Assembly: GCA_050014195.1 (NCBI GenBank)
Contig: JBEKDT010000007.1
Span: 150,793-214,792, forward strand
Length of the DNA: 64,000 nucleotides
Reading direction: 5' to 3'
From: Desulfomonilia bacterium
GTDB lineage: Bacteria > Desulfobacterota > Desulfomonilia > UBA1062
Shown here: positions 19,990-29,117 of the stretch, piece after piece
Layout: each line of letters begins with the position of its first letter
How positions within the stretch are numbered: position 1 is the first letter of the stretch
Notes under the pieces: model-generated
What the model was told of the DNA's origin: nothing
Databases searched by the model: none
What the model saw: only the letters and a program-made list of their open reading frames with translations
Program-made: the position numbers and the translations under genes

Positions 19990-20544
19990 TCAATCAATGT
20001 AGCTTACTGTGCCCTTCCTGCTACGTTCAGCAACAGTGAACTTGTTTTCAGCTGCTGCATAACCAATGATGATAGCACATTTTAGCCCATAACCTTCAGG
20101 GATTCCTGCATATCGTGCAAGGTCACGGTTGTTCTCACCATTCAATGCCAATGTCGGGCTGACAAGGAAGCATGATCCCAAGCCCTGTCCGGTAGCTTCA
20201 AGTAGCATATTCTCTGCAGCAAGGGCTGCATTGACAGCACCATAAGGAGAATTATCCGGAGCAGAAAACAGGATCAGTACAGGTGCTCCATATAGAGGCT
20301 GATACCCTGGCAGAGCTGCTCTACTTTGGAGAAATTCAATGCCAGAGTGAACCATTGCATCGAGTGTCCGATCATTTATTTTTCTACGAAGCTCTGAATT
20401 ACGGACTACCGAAATCTGGAATGGCCCAGCATTCGGAGCCCACCGACCAGCTTCAATTATCTTATCTAGATCATCGGCAGGAACTGACTTATCCAAGTAG
20501 GCTCTTATACTTTTCCTCTTTGATATTGCTCCTGTGATATTCAT
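19990..20544 (-). CDS. Nitroreductase family protein
   Basis: RKSIRAY, WAPNAG, AENMLLEATGQGLGSC. Confidence 0.92.
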   Translation of the reverse strand: MNITGAISKRKSIRAYLDKSVPADDLDKIIEAGRWAPNAGPFQISVVRNSELRRKINDRTLDAMVHSGIEFLQSRAALPGYQPLYGAPVLILFSAPDNSPYGAVNAALAAENMLLEATGQGLGSCFLVSPTLALNGENNRDLARYAGIPEGYGLKCAIIIGYAAAENKFTVAERSRKGTVSYID

Positions 20545-20664
20545 TCTCGTTCTCCCTCTTGGTCATCAGTTCTGCACAGCAATAGTACTCATAACAGATC
20601 TATAGTCATGTCACATTCAATAATTCTGCATAAAGACCGATCGTCTCAGGATTGATATCAATCT

Positions 20665-20994
20665 CTATTCGTTATCCATATCTCCATGCTCTTCAAGGAC
20701 AATGTTATCAGCATCTACGGCAACTTCAGCCTCAACCTCATTAACAACCTCGATCACATTATCCCTTTCTTCCAGAGCAAATATAACAGGGGTTGCCTTA
20801 TTCATGATGGCAGATCGTCTATTTCTTTTGTGAATCTCCTTTGCCTCTTTATTATCATTTTGATTGACTCCACATGAAGGGCAAATGGGTTCTGGTCTGC
20901 CCAGGTCATAAAACTTGAAGCCACACTTAAAACACTTGTATCGTTCACCAAGATCCATCGGAGTAATCTCCTCTTTCTGGGATTGATTCTCCAT
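20665..20994 (-). CDS. FYDLN-acid domain zinc-ribbon protein
   Basis: CFKCGFKFYDLG...CPSCG with acidic tail. Confidence 0.8.
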   Translation of the reverse strand: MENQSQKEEITPMDLGERYKCFKCGFKFYDLGRPEPICPSCGVNQNDNKEAKEIHKRNRRSAIMNKATPVIFALEERDNVIEVVNEVEAEVAVDADNIVLEEHGDMDNE

Positions 20995-20998
20995 GGTT

Positions 20999-21274
20999 CT
21001 ACTTATTCACCACAGCTTTCAGTGGCTTGCCAGCCTTGAACCGAGGAGCCTTGCTTGCCTTGATCTTTATCTTCTCTTTTGTACGGGGATTCATGCCTGT
21101 ACGTGCCGCTCTTTTAGCTACATCAAAGGTTCCAAAGCCTATCAGGGTGACCTTATCACCTTTCTTGAGAGCACCAGTAATTGCCTCTGTAAGGGCATCT
21201 ACTGCTGTCAATGATGCTGTCTTTGATATTTTTACCTTCCCTGCAATAACATCCACCAATTCTGTCTTTGTCAT
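20999..21274 (-). CDS. hup: HU DNA-binding protein (copy 2)
   Basis: Close paralog of 9493-9768. Confidence 0.93.
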   Translation of the reverse strand: MTKTELVDVIAGKVKISKTASLTAVDALTEAITGALKKGDKVTLIGFGTFDVAKRAARTGMNPRTKEKIKIKASKAPRFKAGKPLKAVVNK

Positions 21275-21374
21275 GAGTTCCTCCTCGTATTTATTTAAAA
21301 GACCATGTTGGTACGAATGGTTCCCTTATAAAGAACAGCTGGTATTTTATCCAGCCAAATCTCTTAGGATTATA

Positions 21375-21667
21375 GTTACCACATATTGGAGTTCAGACCC
21401 TTTATATTGAGCCGGGCAACCCTTGGGAAAACGGCTATATTGAAAGTTTCAACGGTAAGTTCAGGGATGAATTACTCAATGGGAAGATCTTTTATACACT
21501 AAAAGAAGCAAAAATATTAATTGAGCAATGGCGCATGGAATACAACACTGTCAGGCCGCACAGTTCCTTGAATTATCGTCCTCCAGCGCCAGAGACATAC
21601 TTAACCAGAGAATTCATAATGGCTGAAGTCTAACTTAAAAGGTGGTACAAGGATTTGGGGCAGGTCA
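21375..21667 (+). mobile_element. IS3-family remnant (transposase C-terminus plus right end)
   Basis: Frame reads TLYIEPGNPWENGYIESFNGKFRDELL...EYNTVRPHSSLNYRPP; ends GTGGTACAA...GGGGCAGGTCA like an IS3 terminal repeat; left boundary approximate. Confidence 0.85.
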
Positions 21668-21820
21668 GTCGATGACTACAGACAAACCTTTGATTCTGTT
21701 GAATGACTCTCACCCTATCACATGCGAATGGGAAAGAGGTTGGAAAGATTATGAACAAACGGCTATACAAGAATCGCTTGCAAGATAGGGACTGCTTGTT
21801 CGCCCGTTCAGGAGACTGAC

Positions 21821-22120
21821 TTGGTCCGCTGGTATTTATACATTGTCCGGACTGTTGATCAATTAATGTATGCTGGAATATCAACTGATGTTCAAAGACG
21901 CTTTAAAGAGCATATCACCCAAGGTCGAAAAACAGCTAAATACCTTCTTGCCCACAAGCCGCAGAGTTTAGCATTCTCACATCCTGTCGGAGATCGGGCC
22001 TTGGCTCTGAAAGTCGAGTACCACTTCAAGCGACTCTCTAAAAAGGAAAAGGAGAGGGTAGTGGATTCGCAACAATTGGTATTTGACAGGGACTCAGGGA
22101 AGATCCGGGTTGCAGAATAA
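21821..22120 (+). CDS. GIY-YIG nuclease family protein
   Basis: WYLYIV...YAGISTDVQRRFKEH...ALKVE. Confidence 0.85.
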   Translation: MVRWYLYIVRTVDQLMYAGISTDVQRRFKEHITQGRKTAKYLLAHKPQSLAFSHPVGDRALALKVEYHFKRLSKKEKERVVDSQQLVFDRDSGKIRVAE

Positions 22121-22184
22121 ATTGAATGTGAAATATATACTCTATATTGCTAATGTCACATTCTATATTTTACTACTTTGCGGT

Positions 22185-24395
22185 CTACAACATCTCCGCT
22201 GATTCCAGGCCCATTAACGAGCTGATCCTTGCAGCAAGGTTTGTAAGTCTCTTTGTTGACTTCCTGTTTCTGACTGCAATGGAAAGAGCTTTCCCCTGGC
22301 CTATGATGATCACCAGTTTCTTCCCTCGTGTTACCGCTGTATAAATCAGATTCCGCTCAAGAAGCGTGTAGTGCTGCATGGAAAGGGGTATAACTACCGC
22401 AGGATATTCAGACCCCTGACTCTTGTGTATGCTTGTGGCATATGCCAGTGATACCTCATCCAATTCCCCGAACTCGTAATCAACAGACCTCTTGTCGAAC
22501 TCAACAGTGATCACACCTTCCTCTAGACTGATCTCCCTGATTTGCCCGATATCCCCATTGAAGACCTCCTTATCGTAATTGTTCACCATCTGGATAACCT
22601 TGTCACCAGGGGCAAATGTAGTTCCGTAACGAGTTACCCTGGGTTCTCCCTTATCATTGAGCACCTTCTGCAGCTCGGTATTCAGGGAGCGGGTACCAAG
22701 ACCTCCACGGTTCATGGGTGTCAGTACCTGTATATCCTTTACCGGATGGAAGCCAAATCGATCAGGAATACGTTCAGTAACTACATGGAGTAATTTCTTG
22801 TAAATATCCTCGGGTGTCTCTGATGGTATGAAATAGAAATCGGTGGGTTCTGCTTTTTCTGATTTTAATGGCAGCTCCCCTTTATTTATACGATGGGCAT
22901 TGACAATAATCCGTGATGTAGCTGCCTGGCGAAATATCTCTGTCAATCGAATTGTGGGAAGAGCCCTTGATTCAATGATGTCCGCCAATACTGAACCTGG
23001 CCCCACAGAAGGTAGTTGATCCACATCACCCACAAGTATCAATGCAGTATTGTCCGCAACTGCTGCAAGCAGGCGGTTCATCAATACCACATCCACCATC
23101 GAGGTCTCATCCACGACAACCAAATCAGTTTCTAGGGGTTCTTCCCGGTTTCGTTTGAAGCTAAAGGATCTTGGGTCATACTCCAGCAGCCGGTGAATTG
23201 TCTTGGCCTCCAAACCGGTGGATTCAGAGAGCCGTTTAGCTGCTCGGCCTGTTGGAGCACAGAGTCTGACTTCCACATGCTTTGCCCGGAGAATGTGAAG
23301 TATGGAGTTGACCAGGGTGGTCTTGCCCACACCCGGACCACCGGTGATGACTACTGCTTTACTTCTCAGGGCAAGTTTCAGTGCTTCACACTGGGATTGT
23401 GAAAGGTTCAGGCCCGTTTTCCCCTCAACCCACGGTATGGCCTTTTCGGCATCGATATTAACCCAGGGGGGAGAACCTCGCACAATACGTTCAATGCTGT
23501 TGGCAACTCCCACCTCGGCCCGGTGGAGCGAGACAAGAAAGAGGCATGGCTTGCCGTCTATCTCTTCCTGAACCAGATTCTTTTGAGTGATCTCTTCATG
23601 GATTGCCTCTTCCAGGGTTGCAACAGGGATCTGAAGCAGCTTCTCAGATTCTGTAACAAGTGTTTCCCAGGGGACAGCGCAGTGGCCGTCTCCTGACATT
23701 TCCTGCAAGACATGCCGCACACCTGCCTGAGCACGAATAAGAGATTCAGAGGAAATGCCCAACTTACCGGCTATGATATCAGAGGTCTTGAAGCCAACAC
23801 CCTGGATATCCAGCGCCAACCGGTAGGGATTCTCGGTTACCTTGATGATAGCAGCATCTCCATAGGTCTTATATATACGTACAGCACGAGCTGTACCGGC
23901 ACCATGAGACTGGAGAAAGAGCATGATCTCCCGAACAGCCTTCTGATCCGCCCAGGCAGAGGTGATCTTCTCCATCCGTTTCTTGCCGATACCGGATAGA
24001 GTCATGAGTTTCTCTGGTTCTTCCTCAATAATGGTAAATATCTCAGCTCCAAAGGCTCCCACGAGAACCTTGGCGAAATGAGGGCCAATACCTTTGACCA
24101 TACCGGAGCCGAGATACTTCTCAATTCCTTCAATTGTGTTGGGTGGAACTACCTTCAGGTTATTTGCCTTGAACTGCAGGCCGTGAGTCTTGTCATTATG
24201 CCAGATACCGAGGCATTCGACAAACTCTCCAGGAGTTACGGAGGCAGCTGAACCTACAACAGGCACTAAGTCCTGGTGTCCTTTTACCTTGACCCGTAAG
24301 ACACAGAATCCTGTCTCTTCATTATGGAAAGTGACCCGTTCAACAGATCCTGAAATACGCTCGGTTTGGGGTTCCGCTGAGACGGCTCTTTTCAT
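22185..24395 (-). CDS. recD2: RecD2-like SF1B ATP-dependent DNA helicase
   Basis: [51 protein letters not shown]. Confidence 0.95.
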   Translation of the reverse strand: MKRAVSAEPQTERISGSVERVTFHNEETGFCVLRVKVKGHQDLVPVVGSAASVTPGEFVECLGIWHNDKTHGLQFKANNLKVVPPNTIEGIEKYLGSGMVKGIGPHFAKVLVGAFGAEIFTIIEEEPEKLMTLSGIGKKRMEKITSAWADQKAVREIMLFLQSHGAGTARAVRIYKTYGDAAIIKVTENPYRLALDIQGVGFKTSDIIAGKLGISSESLIRAQAGVRHVLQEMSGDGHCAVPWETLVTESEKLLQIPVATLEEAIHEEITQKNLVQEEIDGKPCLFLVSLHRAEVGVANSIERIVRGSPPWVNIDAEKAIPWVEGKTGLNLSQSQCEALKLALRSKAVVITGGPGVGKTTLVNSILHILRAKHVEVRLCAPTGRAAKRLSESTGLEAKTIHRLLEYDPRSFSFKRNREEPLETDLVVVDETSMVDVVLMNRLLAAVADNTALILVGDVDQLPSVGPGSVLADIIESRALPTIRLTEIFRQAATSRIIVNAHRINKGELPLKSEKAEPTDFYFIPSETPEDIYKKLLHVVTERIPDRFGFHPVKDIQVLTPMNRGGLGTRSLNTELQKVLNDKGEPRVTRYGTTFAPGDKVIQMVNNYDKEVFNGDIGQIREISLEEGVITVEFDKRSVDYEFGELDEVSLAYATSIHKSQGSEYPAVVIPLSMQHYTLLERNLIYTAVTRGKKLVIIIGQGKALSIAVRNRKSTKRLTNLAARISSLMGLESAEML

Positions 24396-24576
24396 CGGTC
24401 TTCATCCTGGAAGAATATTCCCTCTCATCAGGCCATTATTTGTAACGAATCAAAAGACATGATTAGATATCAGAGTAGTAACGGAATAGTTACATAGTCA
24501 AGCCTGTTCTTTGCCTTCTTCATCATCCTCTTAATAGAATACTTTAACATCTTAATATTGTATCGATATCAGTCAG

Positions 24577-25623
24577 TCACCCATGCACTAAGTATAAATA
24601 GGGTTGCATATTTTCTGATTGTGTTGCTGCCCACTCAAGATAATAAGTACTCATGAGTTGATCTATGATCCCATCCAACCTTCCTGACCGGGAAATTGTC
24701 TTCATGCCAGGCGGCATTGTGCAAATGACATACTCCCGGAGTTTCATTTTATCTTCTTCTCCCATGGCTTGGATTCGCTCCTTAATTCGCTCAAGCTCAT
24801 CTTTCATGTTTTGTTCTTCCTTTTTTGTTTCCTTCAAATCACGTTGTGATTGTTCTCCGGCCAATCGTTTCTTTTCTTCCTGGATCCATCCATGCGCAAT
24901 TTCATCTTGCCAGCCCTTGTCATTTAGCCAGGTAGTCGGAAGAGGGATTTTGTCCTTTTCTCGATTTCTCCAAAGTGACCGGTTAAGATACTCAATGCAT
25001 CGTATGATAAATATTGCCTGGCGAGGTTCAGGGTTTAGTTGTCTCCATAGCTCACGCGCTCGCTCCTTTTTTTCCTTTCGAGGATATACTGGCCAAAAGG
25101 CATTCTCAAAGAAATCATCGACACGGGTAAAGACACTTTTGACCTTTTCTTGTGTAGAAAAAACCGGAATGGACAATAAAGATTCTTCTAAAGAATCTTT
25201 ATCTAAAACAATACTATGGGTGACATTTTGTCGGGGGGGGGTGACATCCTGACACCGGGGGGGTGATAATTTGTCATGGGAGGGTGACAATTTGTCATGC
25301 CCCTCCTTTTGGCTTCTCTCACTACCAGGAATCATCGATAAATTAACAGTTAACTCTCTTTCGTCCTGACCATCCGGCTTTTTGGAGAACCTCACAATCA
25401 GATAGCCCCTCTCCTCAAGATCTTTGATCCATCGCTGTATACTTCGAGCTTCAACAGAGAGAAGGGCTGCAAAATATGAATTCGAGGCAATAACCCTTTT
25501 ATCTCCCTGCATAAATGCGACCTTTGATAATAGAGCTTTTTGCTCAAGAGACAGATCAGGCATCAACAGAAATGGAGCTGTGATAGTAATAAAATCAGTG
25601 TTTTTTAATTGATAGTTACCCAT
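24577..25623 (-). CDS. Phage/plasmid-type replication initiator (N-terminal winged HTH, internal iterons)
   Basis: ASNSYFAALLSVEARSIQRWIKDLEERGYL HTH; FWPVYPRK...PLPTTWLNDKGWQDE C-domain; repeats in the linker. Confidence 0.75.
   Translation of the reverse strand: MGNYQLKNTDFITITAPFLLMPDLSLEQKALLSKVAFMQGDKRVIASNSYFAALLSVEARSIQRWIKDLEERGYLIVRFSKKPDGQDERELTVNLSMIPGSERSQKEGHDKLSPSHDKLSPPRCQDVTPPRQNVTHSIVLDKDSLEESLLSIPVFSTQEKVKSVFTRVDDFFENAFWPVYPRKEKKERARELWRQLNPEPRQAIFIIRCIEYLNRSLWRNREKDKIPLPTTWLNDKGWQDEIAHGWIQEEKKRLAGEQSQRDLKETKKEEQNMKDELERIKERIQAMGEEDKMKLREYVICTMPPGMKTISRSGRLDGIIDQLMSTYYLEWAATQSENMQPYLYLVHG
25218..25297. repeat. Four iteron-like repeats (GGGTGACA-N-TTTGTCA consensus, 21-22 bp period) inside the rep gene
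   Basis: Copies start at 25218, 25239, 25261 and 25282. Confidence 0.75.
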
Positions 25624-26073
25624 AGAACACTTCCTCGAAGTAACTCTTATCTAACGCTTTGATTATTTTACCATGGTTTGTGATGTTGCGATTTTGAGAC
25701 GAAGTTATGGCGTGGATGTGTACAGATGATGACAAGAAATTATGGAAGCATATGATACTCGAGATCACCATGATTTTGAGAATGGACAGTGATTTATTTT
25801 TTATAGATATTCCTAATGCAATGCGCATACATGATCTCTCTTGATTTGGGTGATGGATGGGGAATTCAGATTGAAAGGGCCTGAGTGTGTAACAGATGTG
25901 TAGTAGGTCTACAGATATAGGCCACGGCTTGATGGTCGAGTGATCATATCCCTCCACCATTTTAGATTTACTGAAGGGGTATATTGGGGGCAGATGGTCC
26001 GGAAAGCAAAGTGAGATTAAGGCCTCCATGAGATAAAATCCTAGGCGGCCCAATAAGCTTTTTTCATAGGCCT

Positions 26074-26206
26074 GCTTGCAAACGCTTGCACTTTGCTTGC
26101 AGGTTTTTGGGGTATTTTTAAGGCTATGACTTAATGAAATCAAATAGTTATTGGCGGAGCGCATGGGAATCGAACCCAAGCGATTAGTTGGTACGGATTT
26201 GGTACG
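26074..26206 (-). mobile_element. att-like junction: tRNA 3'-end fragment (tRNA-Sec-like) with IHF site and arm-type repeats
   Basis: Minus strand TGGGTTCGATTCCCATGCGCTCCGCCA (26178-26152); AATCAAATAGTTA (26138-26150) matches IHF consensus WATCAANNNNTTR; GCTTGCA x3 (26074-26101); TTGGTACG x2 (26188-26206). Confidence 0.75.
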
Positions 26207-26579
26207 AGATTGACTCTCTCGATCTAGTGGTAGCCTAATATGACAGTAGGTAGAGAACCTTTACGCGATAGTCTTTACCTCTGGCTACTTGAGATATTTC
26301 AGTACCTAAAAAAATGGGAGCTTTTGCAGCTCCCAAAAGAGGAGATTTATAGGTATTTGGATCGATATTCATATGTGGTCGATCACATCTCCTTTCAAGT
26401 ACCCTTTTCTCAATGGTCTAATTTCTATAGGCTTTAAATCTATTTGTTTTTTGTTATTGAAAGCGGTAAAATTACTAAGATACAATAAATATTATAGTGA
26501 ATTATTCACTATGATAAAAATGTGTGTGCTTGCAGACCTTGCGATTAGGATTACAGATCAAACATGGGGGGCATGTGCG

Positions 26580-27143
26580 TTGAGAATCCTCAGATGGAAC
26601 ATAATCTTTGTTCTTTTATTAATTGGGTGCTCCACAACGAATATAGATTGGGAAGAGGCTCATAATATAGACACGGAGAAAGCATATCAAAATTTTTTAC
26701 AAAAGCACCCAAACAGTGAATACTCAGAACTGGCAAAAGTAAAGCTGGAAACCATTGATTATGAGAATGCAAAAGAAACGGATACTGTGAACGGCTACTC
26801 TTTCTATTTATTGAAATGTCCGCATGGGACACATGTAAAAGAGGTGAGAGCCAGATTAAAAGATATCAGATGTAATGATCCGGGTTATGTTAAAATATTT
26901 CCTTCATGGTTGAAAAAAGGCCTGTCAACAGATCCTAATCGTCACGCCAGTTGGTATTTAGCAAATTCCTATATAGGCATTGAGCCAAATGATATCGGTA
27001 GGGGGTACAAAGCCGCCGGAGATGACCCGGAGTTTCCCTTGGAATTGGACTGGGGGGCTGGTCAGTTAATTTATTATAGTGGGAAAGGTGTTATCATAGG
27101 TCCGAACGGAAAAGGCGTACTCGTTGGATATCACTGTAAATAG
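26580..27143 (+). CDS. Hypothetical lipoprotein
   Basis: Lipobox LIGC; repeats like AYQNFLQKHPNS; start uncertain. Confidence 0.6.
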   Translation: MRILRWNIIFVLLLIGCSTTNIDWEEAHNIDTEKAYQNFLQKHPNSEYSELAKVKLETIDYENAKETDTVNGYSFYLLKCPHGTHVKEVRARLKDIRCNDPGYVKIFPSWLKKGLSTDPNRHASWYLANSYIGIEPNDIGRGYKAAGDDPEFPLELDWGAGQLIYYSGKGVIIGPNGKGVLVGYHCK

Positions 27144-27184
27144 ATCATACTTGACGAATGGCGATGTTTATATAATCTAGGCGC

Positions 27185-29044
27185 ATGATCAGCGTAGATA
27201 ACCTCTGGAAGGGCTACGGACCCCAGGTGCTCTTCGAGGGGATCAGCTTCAAGATAAACCCCAGGGAGCGTGTAGGCCTTGTCGGTCGCAACGGCCATGG
27301 CAAGACTACCTTGCTCCGCCTTATCACCGGTGAAGAGGAATCTGATCGGGGTTCAATCGTTATCCCGAAAAATTACCGCATCGGCTATGTCACCCAGCAT
27401 CTCGGGTTTACCGAGGATACGGTGCTCAAAGAAGGGATGAAAGGTTTGTCCGAAACCCAGAAAGACCAGCACTGGAAGGTAGAGAAGGTTCTGGCAGGCC
27501 TCGGGTTCTCTACGCTTGACATGGAGCGCCATCCGGACGAATTCTCAGGCGGGTTTCAGGTGAGACTCAATCTCGCCAAGGTCCTGGTCTCAGACCCGGA
27601 CCTCCTCTTGCTGGACGAGCCCACGAATTACTTGGACATCACCTCCATCCGATGGATTGAGAGGTTTCTCAATACATGGCCCCGCGAGCTGATCCTCATT
27701 ACCCATGACCGCACTTTTATGGATAGAATTGTAACCCATACCATGGGCATTCATCGCAGGAAGATGCGAAAGATCGAGGGGGACACCGAGAAGTTCTACA
27801 ACCAGATAGCCCAGGAAGAGGAGATCTACGAGAAGACACGCGTCAATGATGAGCGCAAGCGCAAGGAGATCGAGGAGTTCATTACCCAGTTCAGGGCCAA
27901 GGCCAGACTTGTGGGGCTGGTTCAGTCACGCATAAGGCTGCTTGGAAAGATGGGGCGCAAAGAGAAACTAGAAAAGATTAAGTCATTGGAGTTCTCTTTC
28001 CGAAGTACCTTGTTTTTTGCAAAATATGCATTACAGGCAAAGGATTTGTCATTCTCCTATGACCAATCAATAGAGCTCATTAAGGACTTTAATATCGTCA
28101 TCCGTCCTGGTGAGAAGGTCTGCGTCATCGGTCCTAATGGCAAGGGCAAGACCACGCTGCTGAGACTCCTGGCCGGCCAGCTAAAGCCCGATGCCGGTGG
28201 GGTTGTCTACAACCCCAAGACCATAAAGGGCGTCTTTGAGCAGACAAATGTCAAGTCTCTTGTTGATTCAAGGACTGTGGAAGAGGAGATCATGTACTCG
28301 GCCATTGATATTGACAAGCAGTCTGCCCGTAATATATGCGGCGCCATGATGTTTGAGGGAGACTATGCAGCCAAGAAGATCGAGGTGCTCTCCGGAGGCG
28401 AGAAGAGTAGGGTGATGCTGGGCAAGCTCCTGGCGACCCCGTTGAACCTCCTGCTGCTGGACGAGCCCACCAACCATCTCGATATGGAAACAAGTGATGC
28501 ACTACTGGCTGCGCTTGACAGCTTTGACGGGGCGGTAGTCATGGTCACACACAACGAGATGTTTCTCCACGCATTGGCTGAGCGGCTTATTATCTTCTAC
28601 CATGACTCCATTGAGGTATTTGAAGGCGGATACCAAAGGTTCCTCGACAAGGGAGGCTGGGGGGACGAAGAGGTGATTCAAACCATGGTAAAAAAGGAAT
28701 CAAGACCGAATCTCGATGATGGAAAGATCAACAAGAAAGAGCTGAGAAAGAAACGCTCGGAGATAATTTCTGAGCGCTCCAAGGTACTGACTCCCCTTGA
28801 GAAGAAGATTACCCATGCAGAAAATGAGATAGAGCGGCACGAGAATATCATTAAAGAACTGCATGTGTTGTTGCAGCAGGCAACGTTAAAAAAGGATGGG
28901 AAGAAGATCTTCGAGGTTTCCCATGCCATTCTCGAGAGTGAGCAGGCCATCGAGGCCTGCTTTGCCGATCTTGAGAAAATGCATGCAGCATTTGAGAAGC
29001 ATCAGGCGGAATTTGAAGAGAGACTTTCTCTTGTGAGTGATTAG
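27185..29044 (+). CDS. ABC-F family ATP-binding protein
   Basis: Two ABC domains (GRNGHGKTT/FSGG/LLLDEPTN; GPNGKGKTT/LSGGE), no TM segments, coiled-coil tail. Confidence 0.95.
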   Translation: MISVDNLWKGYGPQVLFEGISFKINPRERVGLVGRNGHGKTTLLRLITGEEESDRGSIVIPKNYRIGYVTQHLGFTEDTVLKEGMKGLSETQKDQHWKVEKVLAGLGFSTLDMERHPDEFSGGFQVRLNLAKVLVSDPDLLLLDEPTNYLDITSIRWIERFLNTWPRELILITHDRTFMDRIVTHTMGIHRRKMRKIEGDTEKFYNQIAQEEEIYEKTRVNDERKRKEIEEFITQFRAKARLVGLVQSRIRLLGKMGRKEKLEKIKSLEFSFRSTLFFAKYALQAKDLSFSYDQSIELIKDFNIVIRPGEKVCVIGPNGKGKTTLLRLLAGQLKPDAGGVVYNPKTIKGVFEQTNVKSLVDSRTVEEEIMYSAIDIDKQSARNICGAMMFEGDYAAKKIEVLSGGEKSRVMLGKLLATPLNLLLLDEPTNHLDMETSDALLAALDSFDGAVVMVTHNEMFLHALAERLIIFYHDSIEVFEGGYQRFLDKGGWGDEEVIQTMVKKESRPNLDDGKINKKELRKKRSEIISERSKVLTPLEKKITHAENEIERHENIIKELHVLLQQATLKKDGKKIFEVSHAILESEQAIEACFADLEKMHAAFEKHQAEFEERLSLVSD

Positions 29045-29117
29045 TGAACAGTGATCACTGATCAGTGAACCGAAAATCGGTTTATCAGTATCCGATCACT
29101 TTTTCACCGCTCACCGG

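Noticed and set aside
25616-26179. 187-aa ORF
   Set aside because: Runs across the tRNA fragment, IHF site and repeats; composition unlike a real protein.
26152-26260. Complete tRNA gene
   Set aside because: Only the T-arm and 3' acceptor strand are present; upstream sequence cannot form the rest of the cloverleaf.
27151-27185. Leaderless promoter for the ABC-F gene
   Set aside because: TTGACG to TATAAT spacing is only 14 nt; suggestive but not supportable.
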